From a virus (Duplodnaviria; Heunggongvirae; Uroviricota; Caudoviricetes), in the IMG/VR virus record IMGVR_UViG_3300042923_001771, positions 64,001 through 128,000 of that record: a stretch of 64,000 nucleotides of DNA; one strand, written 5' to 3'. The notes under the pieces were generated by a model. The model made no database searches, was not told the DNA's origin, and saw only the letters and a program-made list of their open reading frames with translations. Each line of letters opens with the position of its first letter. Position 1 is the stretch's first letter. The translations under genes and the position numbers were made by a program. Positions 29,101 to 39,100 of this stretch are shown in pieces.

Positions 29101-32100
29101 TTGGGCATTGGAGGGGCAGGCGTACTTGGTGGCTTAGCATCCGCTGGTGGTAGTGCTTTTGTAATGAATAAAGTTTTGAAAAGATTCCGTGGAAGCGGAG
29201 GAGGTAGTGCTGGACCTACTGGTGGCGGAGCTGGAGGAGCAGGTGGCCCAACTAGAGCTCAAGGTGGCGGAGGTGCTGCTGGAAGACCAAGTTGGCTTAA
29301 AAGTTTAACAAAAAGTAAGAGTGGAAAACTTGCCATAGCAGGAGCTGCAGGTTTAGCTGGTTGGGGAGCATATGAGTATTTTGCTGGAGATAGAGCTAGC
29401 GCTGCTACAGATGATGGTGGAGGAGACGATGGATCTGGAGGTATATTTGGTAATATCTACCGAGTACTTCAGGATATCCTTGCAGCACTCGGCGGTGGCG
29501 GAGTTGTTAGTGCTAGTGGCATTGGTGGAGGTGGTGGGAGACCTTCGGTTGATGCACTTGCTGATGTTTCTGGCGTACATGATATTGGTACAAATCCGTG
29601 GTTAGCTACTGGTGTTGCGCTTGGTGGTACTTATGCAGCAACAAAAGTGGGTTCTTCAATACTAAGTAGAATGTCTACACAAGTTCCAGCTAGTGTTTCT
29701 GGAGCGAGTGGAGGTGCATTATCAAGAGTAGCTACAGCTGCAGCATCAAGACCTAGCGCTTGGTCAAAATTGCTTAGTGGTGGTAAATCTAGTGGAGTTG
29801 CAGCTGGTATTTTTAATTCAATTGGTGCAGGTTTTGAAATGCATGATAACTATGAATTAGATGCCCTTTATGGTATTGAAAACCATGGAAGATCTAATGC
29901 AAACACTTGGGGTAAAGCTGCTATCGGTACTATTGGTTCTATAGCTGGTGGTGCACTTGGTACATTAGTTGCTCCTGGCATTGGAACAGTCGGTGGGGCA
30001 ATAGCTGGTGGTATGTTAGCTGATCACTTTAGTGATAACATTATGGGTTTATTTGGCGCTGGTAGTAAAGATATTGAAGAAGATAGAATGAAAAACCCTC
30101 TTTACAAATCTACTCAAGAATTTATGAGAAGAAACGGCGTATCCAATGAAGCTTTTGCTGTTACAGCTTCTAAAGGTATGATGCAATATGGTGGTAGCCT
30201 TGCAAACTTTAGTGAAGCTGAAAGAGACCAATGGGGAGCTAAATTTGCAGAAGGTAAAGGTTCTGGCCTAACTGATGAAGCGGCAAAAGAACAAGCAAAT
30301 CAAATGTTTAGGTTGAATATTACTAACGATGATATTAAAAACTTAAATGCTGAACAACTGCAAAATGGGTTAGAGCTTTCTAAATCAACAGACCAATATC
30401 AAAAAGATTTCGCTAAATATAAAGAAGATTTTGGTAAAAATAACGAAGCAACAAATAAGATTATTGATGAAACAAAAAGCAACACTGGACTTTCACTTAC
30501 TAAGTTGTATGAATTATATGATGTTGCTTCTAATATGCCTGGAGATTTAGCTGCTGCAATTAAAGCTTCAGGTGGACTTGGAAATATGGATGACCCAGGT
30601 AAAATAGAGAGAATGAGAAAGCAACTTGAAGCTGGCGGTTTAGACGTAAAGCAACAAGAAAGAGCTATGGCTGGTTATCTTGATAATAAAGATTTCCTTA
30701 AGAGTTCGATGCAATCCGAAGAAGAAAGAAATAATTGGTTAAGATTGTACTCTATGGATCCATCTTGTCTTCCTCCAGGTACTGACATGTTTGAATATGC
30801 TAACAATAACATAAATCTTAGCAGAAAGACTCAATCATTAATGAGTGGCGGTCTCTTAGGTGATTTTCAAAAGTTTGCTGGTTCAAAAGATGGTCAATTG
30901 TTTATGAACGATTCAGCAAATTCATTACCTTCTCAATTTTCTAGTTGGGACAGTATGATCAAAAAATACACTAAAGAATCAGATATTGATAGCTCAGAAC
31001 TTAAAAAAATTCTAAGTAAAAATCACATTTCTGAAGAACAGTTCGGCAAGTATCTACTTGCGAATGATGGTGGAGGAAACTTCGGTGCAACAAACATAGC
31101 TGGTATTAATAAAGATTATATCAGTAATGGATTCACTGCAGTTGGAGAAGAAAAAAGCAAGGTAGCACAAGAAGTGAAGAAACAAAACGAAGAACAGCAC
31201 AAAGAAGCTGAAAAGACTAAAAAAGAGTTAACTGAAGAAACTACCAAAGCACAAGATGATATCTTCAAGCAAGGTGAAGAAGCTGCTTTGAGTCGCAGTA
31301 AAGATTATGTATCAGCGCTGAAAACATTGCAAGATTTCTTGGGCGACAGTATTAAGAACGTATGGAACAAGCTACAAGATATCAATCAAACAGCAAGTGA
31401 TGCAGTAGTTGAACTTCGTAAAATGGCTTCTTCAGGTGGTTCTGGTGGTGGTCAAACGGGGTTAGGTGGAACTGGTAAATTTGGTTCATCCGTAAATCAA
31501 TGGGATGAATTGATTCAAAAAGTTGGAGCTGAAACAGGAATAGACCCATTGATTCTTAAAACTATCATGCAAAAAGAATCTGGTGGAAATGCAAACGCCA
31601 AAGACAATCAAAATAAAAATGGTACATTTGATATGGGATTAATGCAAATCAACAGTGATACTGCTAAGGGTTATGGTTTTGATTTTGATAAACTGCGTAG
31701 TGACCCAGAGTATGCTCTTAGATCGGCAGCTAAAGTAATACAAGGTAAAAAAACCATGTTGAGTGGTATGGGAGAAGACTCTAACGACCCACATAATATT
31801 TTTCATGCATACAATGGTTGGAGTGCTCAAGGCGGCAGATACGCTGATGATGCTATGGGTTACTTTGACGCTGCTGGCCGTGTTGGAGGATCGGGTGGAG
31901 GCTTTAACGCTTTACTTGGTGAATCAAGACAACTATCATCATCAGGTGCTCTTTCTTATAAGCAAGTTGGCGGAGAATTCAATGGTACTTATCAAGAATT
32001 CTTACAAAGAGGTTTGGCAGATTGTTCGCAATTCGTACAAGAAATGTATGGCAATTTCTTAGGAAAACAACTTCCAAGAACAGCTGCAGAACAATGGAAT

Positions 32101-32850
32101 GCTGGTACTTCAGTTGCTAAAGGACAAGAACAAACTGGTGATTTGGTATTCTGGAACACCACTGGAAAAGATCACTCTCACGTTGGTATGTATACTGGAA
32201 ACGGTAAAGCTATGCAAATGGGTACAAATGGACTTAAGGAAATAGACATTAATTCTATTGACAATTATGAAGGTGCTAGAAGAATTGGTGGTTCAGCTTT
32301 ATATGCTGGTCACAATAGTGCTTGGAACCCAATTACTGGCAAACTCGACGATATTCAGAAAAATACTGAAAAAGCTGCCGATGATGCAAAAAAAATAGCA
32401 GACAATACAGATGCAATCAAAGATAATACAACACCAGATAGCAGCACAAAAACATCATATAAAGCTCTCTTAACAAATATTGGTGAAAACGATCCTTATG
32501 CTGGTATAAACATCAAGGGCAACATGAACAACACAAAATATCTTTTTGACGCTTATGAAAAACTTAAAAGCAAGGGAATCGATTACGATGACCATGGCAA
32601 AGATAATCAAAAGTGGCAACAAGAGATGAGACATAACTTTGATGTTAAACTTAAAGTGGATTTCACAGACCCTGATAAGTCTCCTCAATTCCAAAAAATA
32701 TTAGATAAGCATCTCAATCTTGCAGTAAAAAATGCTATGGAAGAACATACAATGCAAGTTAGTAAAGATACTGAGTCTAGTAATCAAGCATTATGGAACG
32801 CTACAACAGCTAATTCAAAAGCAGTTCAACAAGGTAATTATGATGGATAG
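26155..32850 (+). CDS. tape measure protein with lytic transglycosylase (SLT) and NlpC/P60 domains
   Basis: 2231 aa, helical and Gly-rich. SLT motifs IMQKESGG, GLMQIN, AYN. NlpC/P60 motifs DCSQFV, LPRTAAEQW, GDLVFW, HVGMY. Confidence 0.9.
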   Translation: MAENNNGGIFGNKGNGDFLKNLKNEVNNNANDISMTLDKVLRSISDFKDEVEKEKISLNIDTSYSQKIERMLSDLENDFNRLIAPVKGKIQQQISEVFSSDNVKTDGLTKELNVFSDALSGFATKVNQLSSEIGVNLGSAFENLNKETVETLRSFSDILAQLQQRDLKINNPFPEIIASLDEIAKRTQSIGSFNDVLSSILNIPVEHGTAYHLLELSDSLDIFNKTMRGTTDDDITKITSYINELEKLSQKTQVFTDIADSIKSLSVIGDIAKQVNDLNSALTALGQNSNLGALVGGSFNVPPIPQGPINIPPAIPPSGGGGGGGGNAGGGNPGPSGGGYNGPTSSYPSQVIVGPQPFTPQYSSSAHDKTFDAIEKALSKLQLNNMSGGSWHDKSSKNLDNESIKEMMQVLEQIKYDSSKLSAWEGQFKHASSNHDKSGAEAALMQMNEYRAKVVQGNSQLQGNLDNIGPKDLGKYPSEVRDIFTNMKDFQQVIQNIMINQFKFNEHFGLNQFNKEILDANRGINDFARNIENQPWDRIKGKLSSAFDPISKFTSGLKGGVTGGLGMLGLGSLGSALSIGGLAGGITDIYQRQGRLLADSAQGEILGGYDYDPQNTRRILRQGLDYQHSTHGRIQQEDYLNSYTSLVNNVRGHFGGQDGSDKASAQRDMESFASTATVMQGMGVSQGTTMSAITTFYKELGMSAKETDFQLVKIAQTAQSLNVPFEEHLKAVTNLATEYKAIGLSADQAGNVMGNLMFKGGMTSTEAGRFASNVGGALTNMNEGWLAYGAGMMGDDPLEAIMDLNYGYKDDGTMKEGVAEKKAQILTNNYQMFGGVGGDGGRYGMKEALKAMGITDNRDVAKFLNHAGDEKWLVNQFKEMDGKAGLGDLSEDNAKDKLTSGILGDLGKASDQLSGIDKSLNAYNEVLKRVVDDQRGLLDELTDFTGIIEKFGSMIEKVIGGMGNLLETLGKLANMDLSTIAALGIGGAGVLGGLASAGGSAFVMNKVLKRFRGSGGGSAGPTGGGAGGAGGPTRAQGGGGAAGRPSWLKSLTKSKSGKLAIAGAAGLAGWGAYEYFAGDRASAATDDGGGDDGSGGIFGNIYRVLQDILAALGGGGVVSASGIGGGGGRPSVDALADVSGVHDIGTNPWLATGVALGGTYAATKVGSSILSRMSTQVPASVSGASGGALSRVATAAASRPSAWSKLLSGGKSSGVAAGIFNSIGAGFEMHDNYELDALYGIENHGRSNANTWGKAAIGTIGSIAGGALGTLVAPGIGTVGGAIAGGMLADHFSDNIMGLFGAGSKDIEEDRMKNPLYKSTQEFMRRNGVSNEAFAVTASKGMMQYGGSLANFSEAERDQWGAKFAEGKGSGLTDEAAKEQANQMFRLNITNDDIKNLNAEQLQNGLELSKSTDQYQKDFAKYKEDFGKNNEATNKIIDETKSNTGLSLTKLYELYDVASNMPGDLAAAIKASGGLGNMDDPGKIERMRKQLEAGGLDVKQQERAMAGYLDNKDFLKSSMQSEEERNNWLRLYSMDPSCLPPGTDMFEYANNNINLSRKTQSLMSGGLLGDFQKFAGSKDGQLFMNDSANSLPSQFSSWDSMIKKYTKESDIDSSELKKILSKNHISEEQFGKYLLANDGGGNFGATNIAGINKDYISNGFTAVGEEKSKVAQEVKKQNEEQHKEAEKTKKELTEETTKAQDDIFKQGEEAALSRSKDYVSALKTLQDFLGDSIKNVWNKLQDINQTASDAVVELRKMASSGGSGGGQTGLGGTGKFGSSVNQWDELIQKVGAETGIDPLILKTIMQKESGGNANAKDNQNKNGTFDMGLMQINSDTAKGYGFDFDKLRSDPEYALRSAAKVIQGKKTMLSGMGEDSNDPHNIFHAYNGWSAQGGRYADDAMGYFDAAGRVGGSGGGFNALLGESRQLSSSGALSYKQVGGEFNGTYQEFLQRGLADCSQFVQEMYGNFLGKQLPRTAAEQWNAGTSVAKGQEQTGDLVFWNTTGKDHSHVGMYTGNGKAMQMGTNGLKEIDINSIDNYEGARRIGGSALYAGHNSAWNPITGKLDDIQKNTEKAADDAKKIADNTDAIKDNTTPDSSTKTSYKALLTNIGENDPYAGINIKGNMNNTKYLFDAYEKLKSKGIDYDDHGKDNQKWQQEMRHNFDVKLKVDFTDPDKSPQFQKILDKHLNLAVKNAMEEHTMQVSKDTESSNQALWNATTANSKAVQQGNYDG

Positions 32851-32891
32851 GGATAACCCCTATCCATTTATAAAACAGAGGGGTGAATTAA

Positions 32892-34676
32892 ATGCCGTTA
32901 ATACCTTTTGCAAACAGTAATATGGTAATTGGTGCTATAAGTAAATCTATGAATCAAACATCTGATACTAATGTAATGTATCAAAATAATGATTCTAGAA
33001 ACAATTATTATGAAGCTCAAAAAAGAGCAGATATGTACATGAAAGTAAAGGATAGAAGACCTATGGTGTTTGAATATTTGCAGTCAGCTCCAGACAATTG
33101 GGTTTCTATAACTATGTATATTAATCCCGACAAACTTTCAATTTCACAACAAAAAATAAAAGGTAAACAAGTTACTCGTGGTGGCATTTTTTATCATCAC
33201 TGGGGTGACGACCATCCAGCAATGTCACTTTCTGGTACTACTGGATTATCTGGTATGAAAGGTATCGAAGTGTTAGAAAAAATCTATCACGCTTCCGGAA
33301 CATTGTTAAGATATCAACAATATGGACCATCAACTTACGTTAGCAAAAACCTATCAACAATAGATAATGGTGTTATGGTTGTTGATGTAAATAGCCCTGT
33401 AGATGTGATGAACGCTGCAGCTGACTCAAAGTCAAAAACTTACGTTAACAATCTTAAAGATATTGTGTCTAAAGACAATAAAATAGTTGACGCTTGGAAA
33501 AAATATAAACAAAATAAAAAAATTGTTGAATCATCTACAAGAAGCAACAGTGAAATGAAAAGACTCAATGCAAGAAACACAGATTTGAGAGCACAATATG
33601 GATTTCCAAATGGTAAAGGTGAAGACTTGGGAACAATTGAAGAACTAAGCAGTATGCCTCAAGAATATTCTCAATTATGGGACGTTTATATCGATGGAAA
33701 AACAAGAGCTCAAGCCTTAATAGATGCCGGAGCAACTTTAAGTAATAGTGATGATCTGAGAGGGTTGCATAATATCTTAAAAGGGATGAGACAAGATTGG
33801 AGATTAGAGCCAGATGTAGAATATGGAACTTATGATCTTACCCAATTGCCATTAGAAAAACTGAGATGGGTTACTGCAGCGAAAGAATATATTGACAATA
33901 AGAAAGCTTGGGTAAGGCAACTTGGTAGTATAACAGATGCAACCACGGGTTCAAAAATTAATTTAGAAGACTTGACTAAAGAAAATCAAGCAATTAGAGA
34001 TATGTATGGTTTTCCAGATGGTACGTATGATGAAGTATCAAAAATGTCTTCGCCAATTACAAATAATACTATTGGTGACATAAAGGTTTTAACTGCTAAA
34101 TTATTAAGTCATTATCAAGGCATACTTAATGCTAAAGATTTTCTCAAAAGTATAGACAATGTGGATGCAAAATTAAAACGATATGTTGATAATAGTAGTA
34201 CGAAACCGTCTTTAAAAGATTATTCCAACTTTGCTCTTACTGAGTTTAGAAAAATACAGGGTTTAGATAATGCTATAATTACACAATTAGCATATCAAAG
34301 AACCGTTTACTATGATCATGGTAGCGATTCGCCAGATTCTCCTATTCCATACACTCAAGATGTTGTTGGACAATTATCATCGATTTATGCCGATAGATCT
34401 GCTGCTCTAAATGAAGTTATGCAACAAATGGCAGAGTTTGAACAACAAGAAAAAAGTTTTAGAGAAGATTTGAGAGATAAGTCAATGGATGATATAATGG
34501 ACGACATCAAGGACGAGTGGAAACCAAGAAGAATTTTTATTTATTACGAAAATAGAGTATATGTTGGTCACTTTGATGCATTTTCATATTCTAGAGATGC
34601 GGTCAATCCCTTATTAATTAGATATGATATGCGATTAACAATAGAAAAACAAGTTATCGGTTCTAGCCAAGGGTAG
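32892..34676 (+). CDS. probable tail-tube initiator/baseplate protein with a large internal insertion
   Basis: N-terminal MYINPDKLSISQQK...TRGG...WGDDHPAMSLSGTTG and C-terminal YYENRVYVGHFDAFSYSRDA...YDMRL read as halves of one tube-like fold. Confidence 0.55.
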   Translation: MPLIPFANSNMVIGAISKSMNQTSDTNVMYQNNDSRNNYYEAQKRADMYMKVKDRRPMVFEYLQSAPDNWVSITMYINPDKLSISQQKIKGKQVTRGGIFYHHWGDDHPAMSLSGTTGLSGMKGIEVLEKIYHASGTLLRYQQYGPSTYVSKNLSTIDNGVMVVDVNSPVDVMNAAADSKSKTYVNNLKDIVSKDNKIVDAWKKYKQNKKIVESSTRSNSEMKRLNARNTDLRAQYGFPNGKGEDLGTIEELSSMPQEYSQLWDVYIDGKTRAQALIDAGATLSNSDDLRGLHNILKGMRQDWRLEPDVEYGTYDLTQLPLEKLRWVTAAKEYIDNKKAWVRQLGSITDATTGSKINLEDLTKENQAIRDMYGFPDGTYDEVSKMSSPITNNTIGDIKVLTAKLLSHYQGILNAKDFLKSIDNVDAKLKRYVDNSSTKPSLKDYSNFALTEFRKIQGLDNAIITQLAYQRTVYYDHGSDSPDSPIPYTQDVVGQLSSIYADRSAALNEVMQQMAEFEQQEKSFREDLRDKSMDDIMDDIKDEWKPRRIFIYYENRVYVGHFDAFSYSRDAVNPLLIRYDMRLTIEKQVIGSSQG

Positions 34677-34725
34677 TATTTTCTACCCTTTAACTTGATT
34701 ATTCTTTAGTGAAAGAGGTGGCACC

Positions 34726-37035
34726 GTGGCTGATAATGATAAGCAGTTTGAGTTGAAATATGAAGACAGATTTTCTAACAATCTAAATGGCAGTAATCGT
34801 CAAATGGTAGATAATCTCCAGCACGACCCTAATAAAATGACAGTTGTTGATTTCAAACAAGATTATACTGTCTTGATACGAAAAAAACTATATTATGCGA
34901 TAAATCAACAAAACAATGAAAATTACGTTAAAATTTTCCAGATAAATAACTTTGTATCTTTAAGAACTTCGAATTCTGTTTATGGTAAGGGTGCAGCAAG
35001 CATTACCATGAAAGGTGGAGAAAGAGTTGTAGTTGCTGATAAGGCTAATGTTGCTGATAAAGATTGGGGAAGTTTTGAAGAAATATTGTATGGCTGGAAC
35101 AATGTAGATAATGAAGGCGATGGTGGGTCTTGGAGAAAATGGAAAGACCCTTCTGATCCAAATGGAAAAACTGTTGATTATGGTAATCTTATGAAAGTAC
35201 GTGAGCAAAAATATGGATGGGCTGTTGCGGAGAAATGTGATTTCGAACCAATGGATGAAATTTACATTTTTGGTAAATCAAAGAGAGAAAAATCATCAGA
35301 TGGAAGTTATAAATTCATTCAATTGTTTTTTGGTTACATTGGTACTGTTACGAAAAGTTATAGTGCAGGAACAAACGGTTCAATAATTAGTATTGAAGCA
35401 AAAGATCATTTAAAACTTTTAGAGATATCGCGTATTGCAAACAGACCAGCTATGGATATGAGGGTAGTCGTGCCAGGCTCAAGATTGGATGGAGATGGTT
35501 TTTGGGTTATCGAGGACGATTATAGATATAATGGTATTGATCCAGATACTTTGCAACCATTACAATCCGGAGCATCATTTGTTTTTACAAATTCATTTGC
35601 TGGTAAACGAGCAGATGAAATTATTAAACAGGTTTGTATTGAGGCCGGAATACCACAATCAAAAATAAAAAAGAGAATTGAACCAACCGATAGGACACCG
35701 TTTACTATTCAATATAGAGGTGCAGCGGCAGAGCTGTTTAACGGTGACTTTAAAACGAGATTATCATTTGCACAACAAGCAGCAGAGATATTAAGTTTTG
35801 AATTTTTTGCAGATGAAGAAGGAAACATAGTTTGGAAAATACCAAACTATAATGTTGGTATTAATAGATTAACGGCTAATAATGTTGGGTTTGATGCAAC
35901 TTATCTCTATGATGTTGGTGGAGCACTATATCAGGCCGGCAGTAAAACAATTACAGAGACTAAAGAAATTATTAAGACTAGAGAAGTTGATACTGACGAA
36001 ACAGTAAGACATACTGTAGTTAAAGGTGATACACTTTGGGCTCTTGCTGGCAAATATTTAGGTTTTACATCTAAATGGCCGGAAATTTGGAAAGAAAATA
36101 AGAGTCAAATCAAGAACCCGCATTGGATTTATCCTGGACAAGTTTTAACAATTATTAAAAAAGGCACAGGGAAAAAGACAGAAATTTACACTGAAAAAAT
36201 TCAAGTTCCAAAAACTGTAAAAGCGGAAAAAAACGTTAACTCGCTTTCTAGAATAACCGACGATAAAATTCCAGTAATTTATCCTTGGGAAATTATTGCA
36301 TTTACATTTAGAGATTCAGATGACCAAGTTTTCACAGCGGCTTCTGTAACTGCAGAAATGCCGGTTATCGGTCCTTCAGGAAATGGTGTAACTCAAGCCG
36401 TTCAAAGAGCAATTCAAGACCCATTGTTAATGGCTAAATTCGGAGTCAGGGTGTTTCCTCCAGTAACTAGTCCTCCAGTATTTGGAGCTGTTGGAGCGCA
36501 AATGTATGCAAATTTATTATTGGTACGTTCTCTCTCTAATAGATACACTGGTTCTTTGCAAATGATTGAAGAATCATCTTTGAGAGTTGGAGATCCAATT
36601 AGATTTCATCTATACGATGAGCACCCATTCCCAGAAATGTATCAGGGTGATAGTGAAGATATGAATTCTCCAGTTAATGCACAGGCAATATTTTATGTTG
36701 ATCAGATCGATAGAACAATTCAACCATCAGGAGTTTCAACAATGTCATTATCTTTAAGGGCTGGCAGGGTGATGGGTCAATCTTCAATTTATGATAAGTG
36801 CGTAAATTTATATAGAAAATTTTATGAACCAGATGCTCCAGCTTCGGTCGCTCCTGAAGATCCAAAAGTTGCAACAACAACTCAAACATATAAGGTTGTT
36901 AAGGGCGATACTTTATCAAAAGTTGCAGCTAAATTTTATGGAACTGAAAAAGTTTACAGATGGAAAGAAATAATGATTGCTAATAAATTAGATGGGCCAG
37001 GAATTCAAGTTGGTCAAGAATTAAAAATACCTTAA
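34726..37035 (+). CDS. baseplate hub protein (gp27/Mu gp44-like) with two LysM domains
   Basis: Hub motifs LFFGYIGTV, IEAKDHLK, FEFFADEEGNIVWK. Internal LysM HTVVKGDTLW...NPHWIYPGQVL and terminal LysM YKVVKGDTLS...IQVGQELKIP. Confidence 0.75.
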   Translation: MADNDKQFELKYEDRFSNNLNGSNRQMVDNLQHDPNKMTVVDFKQDYTVLIRKKLYYAINQQNNENYVKIFQINNFVSLRTSNSVYGKGAASITMKGGERVVVADKANVADKDWGSFEEILYGWNNVDNEGDGGSWRKWKDPSDPNGKTVDYGNLMKVREQKYGWAVAEKCDFEPMDEIYIFGKSKREKSSDGSYKFIQLFFGYIGTVTKSYSAGTNGSIISIEAKDHLKLLEISRIANRPAMDMRVVVPGSRLDGDGFWVIEDDYRYNGIDPDTLQPLQSGASFVFTNSFAGKRADEIIKQVCIEAGIPQSKIKKRIEPTDRTPFTIQYRGAAAELFNGDFKTRLSFAQQAAEILSFEFFADEEGNIVWKIPNYNVGINRLTANNVGFDATYLYDVGGALYQAGSKTITETKEIIKTREVDTDETVRHTVVKGDTLWALAGKYLGFTSKWPEIWKENKSQIKNPHWIYPGQVLTIIKKGTGKKTEIYTEKIQVPKTVKAEKNVNSLSRITDDKIPVIYPWEIIAFTFRDSDDQVFTAASVTAEMPVIGPSGNGVTQAVQRAIQDPLLMAKFGVRVFPPVTSPPVFGAVGAQMYANLLLVRSLSNRYTGSLQMIEESSLRVGDPIRFHLYDEHPFPEMYQGDSEDMNSPVNAQAIFYVDQIDRTIQPSGVSTMSLSLRAGRVMGQSSIYDKCVNLYRKFYEPDAPASVAPEDPKVATTTQTYKVVKGDTLSKVAAKFYGTEKVYRWKEIMIANKLDGPGIQVGQELKIP

Positions 37036-37168
37036 GTTTTATGAAGCCTTTACCTTAAATGCGGTAAGGGCTTTTTTACTGAACAATAAAATTTTTAATA
37101 TAAAAAGTATGAATATAGCTATTTATTTAAATAGAAGAAGTAAAACATATAAGGACGCAGGTGGTAAA

Positions 37169-38152
37169 ATGACTGATAGAAATAGTTTTAATATACCTTC
37201 AAATCCTGGTTCATCGGTAAACTCACACACTACAATAGCTGGAGCATCCACAAATGGATTAATTCAAAGTAGTATGGTAACAGGAATACTCAATAAAACG
37301 CCTTACGATGGTAAATTGGATAAACACGGTGAAGTCCGATTGAGAATTGGTATTATTGACAATCCTATGATAAAGAGAACCGAAGAGGGTAGAATTGACC
37401 CAATTAATCCATACAATGTCATTAACATGACAACGGGAAATATTACAATAAGATGGCTGGAACAAGATGGTGGATTAGTAAGACCACCTGAATTTGGAGA
37501 ATATGGGCAAGATGGTGAAGGTTCAGATAGAGAACCACTTACGTTGACGCACCCAATGATTTGGGCAAATGAAAGCAATAACTGGTGTGGTATAAATTAC
37601 ATGCCTCCAGTTGGTTCGGTTGTTATCGTTGGATTTAGAAAACATAATTTGCCAGTATTACTTGGATTTTTACAATCACATTATCAAGTAACTTATCCAT
37701 TAGAATTAGGTGAGATAATGAATAAAGGGTTTGGTCACAATACTTCACATTGGAAAATGAATGATGAACAAGAGCATAAGGCTTGGGTTATCAAAGGTGA
37801 TTCAAAACCAGTTGCAGTATTAGATGCTCCTGGAAGAAAATATAGATGGGAAAATGCTCCTTACACTGTGAAACTCAAACTTAGACTAAAAGCTTGGATA
37901 GATCCTAAGAGTCCAAATGATAATAAAGAAATGATAGAAATGACTGCTACTAGAGTTAAAGATAGTGGTATTGAGGAAAGTGTTATTGAGTTAAGACCTG
38001 AAAAAATCACTTTATCGGTTGGTAACGGACAAAGTATTGCAAGTTCAATTGTGATAGAAAAAGATGTCAACATAAACACTACTGGCAATATGACCCTATC
38101 AGCAAGCAAAACATTAACACTAGTAGGTAACAAAATAGATATAAATCCTTAA
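37169..38152 (+). CDS. baseplate spike (gpV/gp5 OB-fold-like)
   Basis: GINYMPPVGSVVIVGF...PVLLGF followed by a C-terminal beta-helix-like region; GGTGG RBS before ATG 37169. Confidence 0.65.
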   Translation: MTDRNSFNIPSNPGSSVNSHTTIAGASTNGLIQSSMVTGILNKTPYDGKLDKHGEVRLRIGIIDNPMIKRTEEGRIDPINPYNVINMTTGNITIRWLEQDGGLVRPPEFGEYGQDGEGSDREPLTLTHPMIWANESNNWCGINYMPPVGSVVIVGFRKHNLPVLLGFLQSHYQVTYPLELGEIMNKGFGHNTSHWKMNDEQEHKAWVIKGDSKPVAVLDAPGRKYRWENAPYTVKLKLRLKAWIDPKSPNDNKEMIEMTATRVKDSGIEESVIELRPEKITLSVGNGQSIASSIVIEKDVNINTTGNMTLSASKTLTLVGNKIDINP

Positions 38153-38168
38153 AAGAAGGTGAAAATTA

Positions 38169-39077
38169 ATGAGTTATGACGTACAAATGTTTGTTGCTTG
38201 TGATCATATAATTAGAGTGCCCGGTTTGCCTAATCCAACTACAGCCCCTGAGTTAATTGCGACATCAAATCAAGATTCACTTTTAGCAACTGGAACTTAT
38301 TATGTTGCTTATAGTTTGGCCAATGAAAATGGAGAAACAATGGTTAGTGATTTTTCAAAGATTTATCTTAACGAAGCTCAAAGCTTGGATATAAAGTTTG
38401 AATTGTATTCTAGCTTGAATCCAGTAGAAAACATAAGTATCTACTCCGGAATATATATTGGTTACACTGAAGAAAATATGTTAGGACAATTAACGGAAGC
38501 TCAATTAGTTATTGAAGATGCTGTGATAAAAGGAATGACAAGACAAGGAATTTCAAATGATGGAGAATATTCATTTTCTGGTCCAATAGTTCCAGGTAAA
38601 ATGAAGTCTGGTAACAACTTAACATTATTTAAAACATATGTAGATATTCCTACTGCATGTCCTAGATGCTATGGTAAAGGTTTCTACTTTGATATTTTCT
38701 TTGATGTAACTGGTCAAGCGGTTACCGCTGAGAGCTCAATAAAATTATTACAAGAATTACTGAAAATAGTAATTGAAGATAGGGATGGAAACGTTTTTCA
38801 CCCTGAATGGGGATCGGATATCAATAAGAGAATTGGTTCTAAGAAAAGAGGCATAGCTGATAAATTTAAAATTGAAATATCAGTAAGAAATGCAATTGAA
38901 TACTTAAGAGGTGTTCAAGAAGGAAATCAAAGAGTAAAGAAAAATATGAGACCTGAAGAAATGATTGCAGATATACAATCTATAGTCGTTACGGAAGATG
39001 GGCCAACGGGGTATAATGTTTACGTTGAGGTTCTATCAAAAGCTGGAGAAGTTATAGCATATAATGTTAACTTATAA
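38169..39077 (+). CDS. baseplate wedge/sheath initiator (gp25-like C-terminal domain)
   Basis: CPRCYGKG followed by KLLQELLKIVI...FHPEWGSDI. Confidence 0.65.
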   Translation: MSYDVQMFVACDHIIRVPGLPNPTTAPELIATSNQDSLLATGTYYVAYSLANENGETMVSDFSKIYLNEAQSLDIKFELYSSLNPVENISIYSGIYIGYTEENMLGQLTEAQLVIEDAVIKGMTRQGISNDGEYSFSGPIVPGKMKSGNNLTLFKTYVDIPTACPRCYGKGFYFDIFFDVTGQAVTAESSIKLLQELLKIVIEDRDGNVFHPEWGSDINKRIGSKKRGIADKFKIEISVRNAIEYLRGVQEGNQRVKKNMRPEEMIADIQSIVVTEDGPTGYNVYVEVLSKAGEVIAYNVNL

Positions 39078-39100
39078 AAATTAGGAGGCGTTGAAATAGC

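Noticed and set aside
32892-34676. Intein as the explanation for the large insert
   Set aside because: No C/S N-terminal splice residue with a block B TxxH, no His-Asn-[CST] junction and no LAGLIDADG motifs were seen.
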